From: Clostridia bacterium
Lineage (GTDB): Bacteria; Bacillota; Clostridia; Christensenellales; Pumilibacteraceae
Length of the DNA: 64,000 bases
NCBI GenBank assembly: GCA_017500845.1
Contig: JAFVXY010000005.1
Span: 57,246-121,245, forward strand
Direction of reading: 5' to 3'
The notes under the pieces were generated by a model, which was not told the DNA's origin, searched no databases, and saw only the letters and a program-made list of their open reading frames with translations. Of this stretch, positions 58,957 to 64,000 are shown in pieces (positions within the stretch are counted from its first letter, which is position 1; each line of letters starts with the position of its first letter). A program made the translations under genes and the position numbers.

Positions 58957-59346
58957 TTATTCCTTATGGCAGCCGCAGTCGCAGTGGTCGCCCTCGCAGT
59001 CGCAATCTCCGTCACATTCGCCGTCGCATTCGCCATCGCAATCCTCACAGCCGCAGTCGCAATGCTCGTGAGCAGTTCTGAGATACTCCTCGAATACAGC
59101 GTTCATAAGCTCCTCGCTTTCTACGGGAACGATAAGCTGAGTTTCGTCATCCTGCTCCTCGAGCTTGCAGATAATAACCTCGTCCTCGCCGATTCCCTCT
59201 ACTTCCTCTGCGGGCGAAAGCAATACGTAAAAATTACCCTCGTGCTCTACGCAAGCTACCTCAACAAACTTGATGGGGTTGCCCTTATCATCGTAAAGAG
59301 TAATAAGCTCGTCATCGTCAAAAATTTCGCAGTTTTCGTTTTCCAT
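58957..59346 (-). CDS. DUF1292 (YrzB-like) protein with C-terminal Cys/Asp/Glu-rich tail
   Basis: The N-terminal 95 aa fit the DUF1292 pattern (ITLYDDKGNPIKFVEV....GNFYVLLSP....EVIICKL). It follows ruvX as yrzB follows yrrK in B. subtilis. The tail is CDCGCEDCDGECDGECDGDCDCEGDHCDCGCHKE. Confidence 0.85.
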   Translation of the reverse strand: MENENCEIFDDDELITLYDDKGNPIKFVEVACVEHEGNFYVLLSPAEEVEGIGEDEVIICKLEEQDDETQLIVPVESEELMNAVFEEYLRTAHEHCDCGCEDCDGECDGECDGDCDCEGDHCDCGCHKE

Positions 59347-59368
59347 AATTTTACACTCCTTTTAGGCG

Positions 59369-59791
59369 CTAATTTTGTGCCGCCTTGATTTTGTCGAGGT
59401 ACGTTTGCAGAATAATCTGAGCCGAAATCGTGTCTACCACTCGCTTGCGCTTGTCCCAACGCATCTCCGCCTCGTCCAGAACTCGCTCCGCGCTGACGGT
59501 AGTAAGACGTTCGTCAATAAGCTCTACGGGCAAGCCGCTTACCTTGCTTAGAACTGTACCAAGCTTACGCGTCTTTTCAGCACGCTCACCCTCGCTTCCG
59601 TCCATATTAAGCGGAAGCCCAAGCACAACAAGCGTCGCGCCAAGCTCCTTTGCCTTAGCGGACAGCATATCGACGTCGCCACGCATTCCGACAGATTTAA
59701 CCGTACCTACGGGTGAGGCAATTATACCAAGTGGATCGCTTACGGCAAGCCCGATTCGAGCATCGCCATAGTCAACAGCAAGAATACGCAT
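59369..59791 (-). CDS. ruvX: Holliday-junction resolvase-like YqgF/RuvX
   Basis: MRILAVDYGDARIGLAVSD, GLPLNMDGSEG and DERLTT. Confidence 0.93.
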   Translation of the reverse strand: MRILAVDYGDARIGLAVSDPLGIIASPVGTVKSVGMRGDVDMLSAKAKELGATLVVLGLPLNMDGSEGERAEKTRKLGTVLSKVSGLPVELIDERLTTVSAERVLDEAEMRWDKRKRVVDTISAQIILQTYLDKIKAAQN

Positions 59792-59967
59792 AAATACCTC
59801 CGACTGTATTATAACACAACTTTTGCCATTTGCAAACTGATTTTGGCAAAAATTGTATATCTAATAAAAAATGTTTTGCGGATTTTTGTCACGAGCGTGA
59901 ATTTGTACAAAACCGACGTATTACAAACAAAACGCTATTTTGATTTATAACTAAAATGTCCTTTTGC

Positions 59968-60672
59968 CTAATATTCCACGCTAAAGCTAATTTCGGGATA
60001 GCCGAACGAAAGCTCTGTTTTATTTTTCGTACAGTCCCACTCACGTGTTACTACTTTGTCGTAATCCGTAAAGGATACTATCAAGCCATTAATATAGCTA
60101 TAGTTTATAGGTTTACCCGTTTCTCTATCTATTTCTATATGGCTGTAATAATACCGCAAATCGGATAAAGCAATCCCCTCGTTTGCCGCCTTTTGTTTGA
60201 ATTTTTTTATGATTGTTGCAAAGCTTTTGTACAAGCAAAAGGACACCTTGTTCATTTTCTTTTGTTTGGTTACATTAAAAAAAAGTACCTTCTTTTGCTC
60301 CTCGGTGACAATGTCCTTGCAGGTGTAGCTGGGCTTATCCGAAAAAGAGAACACCGGCGAGCTTATGTTCATTTCACGTAACGTATTTTTCCAGTTATCT
60401 CTTTCCTTTCGTAGCTCCAAATCAGTCGTATAGTATATATCCTTATGTATATCCTCTATTTTATAATATCCTTTGATGACCCTCTTGCCGTTTTCATACA
60501 AAAACTCATCTTTTTTTGCCAAATCGAGAATGTGCTTTTTTAATTGCTCCACCATTTTTTCGGCGAGATTATCAAAATATCTTTCGCCAAATTTCTCTAA
60601 TTCTTTATAAATGGCTTCGGTATCGTTACGCTTATCGGTGGTATCCTTTAACTGCTGTAAAAAATCAGACAT
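59968..60672 (-). CDS. Hypothetical protein (234 aa), no recognisable domain
   Basis: ORF with AAGGGGG SD and its own promoter. K/E/Y-rich, with no TM segment or signal peptide. Confidence 0.7.
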   Translation of the reverse strand: MSDFLQQLKDTTDKRNDTEAIYKELEKFGERYFDNLAEKMVEQLKKHILDLAKKDEFLYENGKRVIKGYYKIEDIHKDIYYTTDLELRKERDNWKNTLREMNISSPVFSFSDKPSYTCKDIVTEEQKKVLFFNVTKQKKMNKVSFCLYKSFATIIKKFKQKAANEGIALSDLRYYYSHIEIDRETGKPINYSYINGLIVSFTDYDKVVTREWDCTKNKTELSFGYPEISFSVEY

Positions 60673-60704
60673 AATGCCCCCTTCATATCATATTTTATAG
60701 CTTC

Positions 60705-60733
60705 ATTATAGCGCATAAACGTTCAAAACACAA
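60705..60733 (-). promoter_or_regulatory. Sigma-A-like promoter of the 234-aa ORF
   Basis: Minus strand: TTGTGT, 17-nt spacer, TATAAT. Confidence 0.45.
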
Positions 60734-60802
60734 GTAAATTTTGCCGCACTTCAACGCAAAAAAAGGAACGGGCTATTGGACGGGGCTTTTGCGGAAAATT
60801 TT

Positions 60803-60849
60803 TAACCAAAACAAAAAGTCATTACAAGATTTTTCCAATAATGACTTTT
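60803..60849 (-). terminator. Intrinsic terminator after the 253-aa/45-aa bicistron
   Basis: 11-bp stem AAAAGTCATTA/TAATGACTTTT with a 14-nt loop, followed on the minus strand by TTTTGTTTTGGTT. Confidence 0.75.
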
Positions 60850-60870
60850 CTTTTGTGTCAATGCCGTATT

Positions 60871-61008
60871 TTACCACGGCTTATTCTTCTTTTTTTCCTC
60901 TGCGCGTTTTTTTGTATAATATCCTATAATAGCCGCCCTTTGCTTTTTCTTTGCTTCGGGGGTTCTAGCCTTGACGTATTTTCCTTTTCCAAGAGGTTTC
61001 TTTCTCAT
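60871..61008 (-). CDS. Untracked 45-aa hyper-basic peptide, translationally coupled to the upstream regulator gene
   Basis: MRKKPLGKGKYVKARTPEAKKKQRAAIIGYYTKKRAEEKKKNKPW (18 K/R, 3 E). Its ATG overlaps the upstream TGA (ATGA). GAGGAGG lies 7 nt upstream and the terminator follows. Confidence 0.6.
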   Translation of the reverse strand: MRKKPLGKGKYVKARTPEAKKKQRAAIIGYYTKKRAEEKKKNKPW

Positions 61009-61766
61009 TTTAGTTCCTCCTCATAAGAAATAACAGTATCGTATTCTTCATTTTCGTAGTATTGCTGTAATAATTCAACTAATTTATTACTTGGCTTGTA
61101 TTTCCTTTCAACCACGTACGAATCTCTTATCATACATAGCGGTATTGCTCCAATGACTCTGTTTGTCAAATCATATCCAAGCAAATAATTGCTTTGGTCA
61201 TAAGTAAAGCCGTAAACATAATGAAAGGCAAACATTCTGATTGATTTACCGTTTACGGTAGCGTGAAATATTTTTCCCGTTTCGCAAGCTTCAGCATAAT
61301 TATATAGCTCTTCGTCGAATGCTAACGCTTCCCTTTCGTATTGCGGAAGTCTTGAATATTCGTTCAAGAGTCCACGGATATATTCGGTCGTAGTTTGTCC
61401 CGTTATCTTTGTTTCGGATTGTTCAATCTCGTCAAACACAGCGTTTTGCTTCGTTGACGGTCTGAACCATATAACTTCCTCTAAATCTTGCAGTTCTGCA
61501 TCTGAAAAATACACTTTGTCTATTACCGTGTTTACGCACTCGTAAATTCTTTCAGTATCATCTCTTGCAAAGTCCTCGCTTAATATTCTATGTATTTCAT
61601 CGCGCCGCGACTTGCGAAAATGCAATAAATTAGGTATTAGCTTATTTAGGAGTCTGTTCAGATTAGGCTCTTTCCCCTTTTTTAAGAAACCAAACTTTTC
61701 AGCATCGTTTTGAAGAATACAAAGCACAAAATCCGACACGGATAACTTTATAATGGACGAAATCAT
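61005..61766 (-). CDS. Putative RHH-like / WYL-like transcriptional regulator (253 aa)
   Basis: The N-terminus IIKLSVSDFVLCILQNDAEKFG...EPNLNRLLNKLIPNLL fits a strand-helix-helix pattern. The C-terminus IRMFAFHYVYGFTYDQSNYLLGYDLTNRVIGAIPLCMIRDSYVV resembles the WYL-domain pattern (x-YL-x-GY ... R-[IL]-D/R-x). This is a motif-level call only. Confidence 0.6.
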   Translation of the reverse strand: MISSIIKLSVSDFVLCILQNDAEKFGFLKKGKEPNLNRLLNKLIPNLLHFRKSRRDEIHRILSEDFARDDTERIYECVNTVIDKVYFSDAELQDLEEVIWFRPSTKQNAVFDEIEQSETKITGQTTTEYIRGLLNEYSRLPQYEREALAFDEELYNYAEACETGKIFHATVNGKSIRMFAFHYVYGFTYDQSNYLLGYDLTNRVIGAIPLCMIRDSYVVERKYKPSNKLVELLQQYYENEEYDTVISYEEELK

Positions 61767-61783
61767 CTCATCACCTCAACAAT

Positions 61784-61918
61784 ATTTTACACTATGTAAA
61801 CCCAAATGTCAACTATTTAAGAATAAATATGATGTTTTGTAAACCCAAAATGAAAAAACATAGATGCTATTATTTTTAATTTATTCGTGATATAATCTTC
61901 TTGCAAGACAAAGTCTTG
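61784..61918. promoter_or_regulatory. Divergent control region: two promoters, a 14/15-nt direct repeat x2, and a 6-3-6 palindrome
   Basis: Minus strand: TTGACA (61812-61807), 17-nt spacer, TAAAAT (61789-61784). Plus strand: extended -10 TGATATAAT (61888-61896). Repeats TGTAAACCCAAATG (61795-61808) and TGTAAACCCAAAATG (61838-61852). Palindrome CAAGAC-AAA-GTCTTG (61904-61918). Confidence 0.55.
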
Positions 61919-61945
61919 ACATAGCTCAAAGGAGGTGATACAATT

Positions 61946-62257
61946 ATGAATAAGAAGCCTTACAAGCAGTTTTACCACGGAAAAGGGATTACAAATAAGC
62001 AGTTTGGACAAAAGCCTATGAAATGGTTTCCGTGGACATACCTTGATACATATAATGCCAAAACGGGAAAATTCCGTTCTAGAAGAAAATTCGGTTCTGA
62101 TGGTTGGGCATACAAGGATATGGACACCGCAGACAATCATAAACCCTACGACCACGTACACGACATACGCAAGGGCTATAGATTTGATGATAGAAAGCCG
62201 AACAAAGCAGAAAAGAAAGAATTCAAAAAAGCAAAAAAGAAAAGGAGATTTTTATAA
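61946..62257 (+). CDS. Small highly basic protein (103 aa), candidate toxin
   Basis: AAAGGAGGTG SD. About 30 K/R residues, with the segment GKFRSRRKFGSDGWAYKDMDTADNHKPYDHVHD and the tail KKEFKKAKKKRRFL. Confidence 0.72.
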   Translation: MNKKPYKQFYHGKGITNKQFGQKPMKWFPWTYLDTYNAKTGKFRSRRKFGSDGWAYKDMDTADNHKPYDHVHDIRKGYRFDDRKPNKAEKKEFKKAKKKRRFL

Positions 62258-62526
62258 TGATTGATTTAACAAAATATAATATTGATGATGACGATGTTCA
62301 TTTTCTTTTGCAAACCGAAGATTGGTGTATTAACGGACAGAGTGAAATAATTTTGGAATACAAAGGTAAATCCTTTGTTTTAGAGCCTCACGGTAAAGCT
62401 GTACGAGTTTATGCGTACGGTGAAGCTTTAGGAGATTATGAAAACTTTGATGATTTGTTGCTTAATTATAAAATAGACGACAAACCTCTCATTGAATTGA
62501 TAAAAGATTTGGAATACGGAGATTAA
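62257..62526 (+). CDS. Small acidic protein (89 aa), candidate immunity/antitoxin partner
   Basis: The ATG overlaps the upstream TAA (TAATG). About 21 D/E versus about 8 K/R. Confidence 0.72.
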   Translation: MIDLTKYNIDDDDVHFLLQTEDWCINGQSEIILEYKGKSFVLEPHGKAVRVYAYGEALGDYENFDDLLLNYKIDDKPLIELIKDLEYGD

Positions 62527-62836
62527 ATATTTATTTTTGACAAAAGAGCAAGCCGCATTTGACTAGTTAAATGTAAATGGACACGAACTCATATACAACT
62601 AAAAAAGAAAGCAAATCGGTTCGTAGCCAAAATGCTCTCTCTTTCTTCTGTTTGTAAAGCTTTTGCCGGCGCATAAGTGAAATTATGTTTTCCACTTCGC
62701 CGATGGCAAAAATTCATTGCTCACAGGATAATTCCACTTACTAAGTAAGCTTAACCTGCCCGTAAGTGCAAATTTAGTTATGCGTGTTCTCCGTTTTGGA
62801 TAACACGCTAAGCTGTTCCCTTTTTTGTTTTAAGTA

Positions 62837-63067
62837 CTACAATCCGTTGTTTTCGGGCTGACATTCACAGCCGCTGAAGCTACTTGCCGATTTATTTTCG
62901 CCGCAATCGCAGCCGCACTCACAGCCGCTGTTGTTGCTACTCATAACCGACTCCGCCTTGGACTTAATGTCGTCAACAACCTTTTCCGCCTTGGGGCACA
63001 TCTTAACCAAGAACATGCCGCCCACAAGTCCTAATCCTACGCCTAACGTAAAAGCAGTCTTAAGCAT
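62837..63067 (-). CDS. 76-aa single-pass membrane protein with C-x-C cysteine tail
   Basis: AAGGAGG SD. N-terminal Gly-rich TM helix (LGVGLGLVGGMFLV). Tail GCECGCDCGENKSASSFSGCEC. Immediately downstream of nifS-nifU. Confidence 0.72.
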   Translation of the reverse strand: MLKTAFTLGVGLGLVGGMFLVKMCPKAEKVVDDIKSKAESVMSSNNSGCECGCDCGENKSASSFSGCECQPENNGL

Positions 63068-63140
63068 AACACACCTCCTTTGTGTCTATTATGCACAAGC
63101 GTATGGCGTATTATGTAACACGTGGGATTGGAAAAAAATA

Positions 63141-63521
63141 CTATTTATTCTTCTTGTACTCGGTAAGGTAGTTGTTGATTGCCTCGCGGATAGCTTCCTC
63201 TGCCAATACCGAGCAGTGAATTTTTTGAGCAGGCAAGCCGCCAAGCTCCTCTACTACCTGCTTGTTGGTGATTTTAAGCGCTTCCTCGATGGTCTTGCCC
63301 TTTACCATTGCGGTTGTTACCGACGAGGTTGCAATAGCCGCCGCGCATCCAAAGGTCTGAAAGCTTACGTCCTCGATAACGCCGTCGTCGCTGATCTTCA
63401 TAAAAATCTTCATAATATCGCCGCACGAAGCGTTGCCTACCGTGCCGACTGCGTTTGCGTCCTTCATTTCACCTGCGTTTTGAGGGTTGGAAAATTCCTT
63501 TAATACTCTCTCGTTATACAT
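63141..63521 (-). CDS. iscU: Fe-S cluster assembly scaffold (IscU/NifU N-terminal type)
   Basis: GNASCGD, FGCAAAIA and KIHCSVLA give the three conserved Cys blocks. The start overlaps the nifS stop (TAATG). Confidence 0.93.
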   Translation of the reverse strand: MYNERVLKEFSNPQNAGEMKDANAVGTVGNASCGDIMKIFMKISDDGVIEDVSFQTFGCAAAIATSSVTTAMVKGKTIEEALKITNKQVVEELGGLPAQKIHCSVLAEEAIREAINNYLTEYKKNK

Positions 63522-64000
63522 TATTTATTGCCTCCAATATATTCTGCGTAAAGCGGCGACATGGCACGAAGCCTTTTTACTGCGCCGATAAGGGTTTCTA
63601 ATACGTAATCCACGTCCTCCTTGGTCGTATCCTTGCCGAACGAAAATCTGATAGAGCCGTGAGCCTTCTCGATGGGCAAGCCTGTTGCAAGCAAAACGTG
63701 CGACGGCTCTAACGATCCGGACGAGCAAGCCGAGCCGGACGAGCAAGCAATACCGCTTAGGTCAAGAGTAAGCAAAAGCGATTCACCCTCGATAAACTCG
63801 AATGCAAAGTTTGCGTTTTGCGGCAAGCGACTATCTCGGTGACCGTTGTAGACAACGAACGGGATATTCTTTTCGACCTCTTGCACAAAGTAGTCGCGCA
63901 AGCCCTTGATATGATTGTAGTTGGCTTCAAGTCCCTCGATTGCTTCCTCGAGCGCCTTAGCAAGTCCGACTACTGCGGGAACGTTGGTAGTGCCGCCTCG
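63521..64000 (-). CDS. nifS: Cysteine desulfurase NifS/IscS, C-terminal part (5' end beyond window)
   Basis: The frame is open to nt 64000 (RGGTTNVPAVVGLAKAL...). Active-site loop SSGSACSSGS and RFSFG. Confidence 0.9.
   Translation of the reverse strand, partial: RGGTTNVPAVVGLAKALEEAIEGLEANYNHIKGLRDYFVQEVEKNIPFVVYNGHRDSRLPQNANFAFEFIEGESLLLTLDLSGIACSSGSACSSGSLEPSHVLLATGLPIEKAHGSIRFSFGKDTTKEDVDYVLETLIGAVKRLRAMSPLYAEYIGGNK

Noticed and set aside
58948-59388. 146-aa plus-strand ORF antisense to the DUF1292 gene, and L/R-rich ORFs at 24006-24755 antisense to the Q/P-rich gene
   Set aside because: These are shadow frames created by repetitive GTCGCA and CTGxGG codon repeats on the opposite strand. 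They have no start signals.
62570-62760. Small ORFs in the islet tail (26 codons on the plus strand starting ATGGACACG; about 43 codons on the minus strand starting ATGAATTTTTGC)
   Set aside because: Neither has an SD at the right distance, and their composition is not protein-like. I treat the region as non-coding RNA or UTR.

Overview
This 64-kb window looks like a chromosomal segment from a Firmicutes/Clostridia-type anaerobe. That assignment is inferred from gene content: class-3 FBPase, 2-oxoglutarate:ferredoxin oxidoreductase, a SpoVB-like flippase, a TasA-type secreted protein, and a Bacillus/Clostridium-like rpsB-to-ribF gene order. I call about 65 CDS and found no rRNA, tRNA, CRISPR array, transposase or integrase. 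Most of the window is housekeeping, and spot GC counts on 60-nt lines give about 50 percent. Plus-strand or mixed blocks: a class-III aminotransferase homolog, yfbR, tkt, a phosphohexomutase, nadE, mnmG, potABCD with an XRE-cupin regulator, a divIC-like gene, a Ppx/GppA gene, a korDABC-sucCD-AAE transporter operon with a divergent LysR gene, serS, the flippase, ykvI, an NMT1/THI5-type ABC transporter, valS, fbp, and a large TasA/camelysin-type secreted protein. On the minus strand there is a long conserved run: rpsB-tsf-pyrH-frr-uppS-cdsA-dxr-rseP-ispG-(PolC-like exonuclease)-rimP-nusA-ylxR-ylxQ-infB-rbfA-nrnA-truB-ribF-nfo-like-pepP-efp, followed by ruvX/DUF1292 and nifS/nifU. The best candidate for something undescribed is an AT-rich islet of about 2.9 kb at 59.8-62.8 kb (spot counts 32-43 percent GC). 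It holds five orphan ORFs: an RHH/WYL-like regulator translationally coupled to an untracked 45-aa hyper-basic peptide, a separate 234-aa orphan, and a divergent overlapping pair of a basic 103-aa and an acidic 89-aa protein that resembles a toxin-immunity pair. The islet also has repeat operators and a structured 310-nt non-coding tail, and the same hairpin stem sequence occurs at both edges. Other observations worth a second look: a 513-aa PolC-like protein without a polymerase domain sits exactly where polC normally lies. Two unrelated small proteins carry C-x-C acidic cysteine tails, one of them directly after nifS-nifU. The class-III aminotransferase homolog lacks the PLP lysine, and NadE has a degenerate glutaminase domain. 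Three TAAAC-N5-GTTTA operators spaced exactly 31 bp apart precede the pot operon. An untracked 44-aa S/T/N/K-rich ORF has its own SD, 5' hairpin and terminator. All functional calls come from motif recognition by eye; no database search was run.
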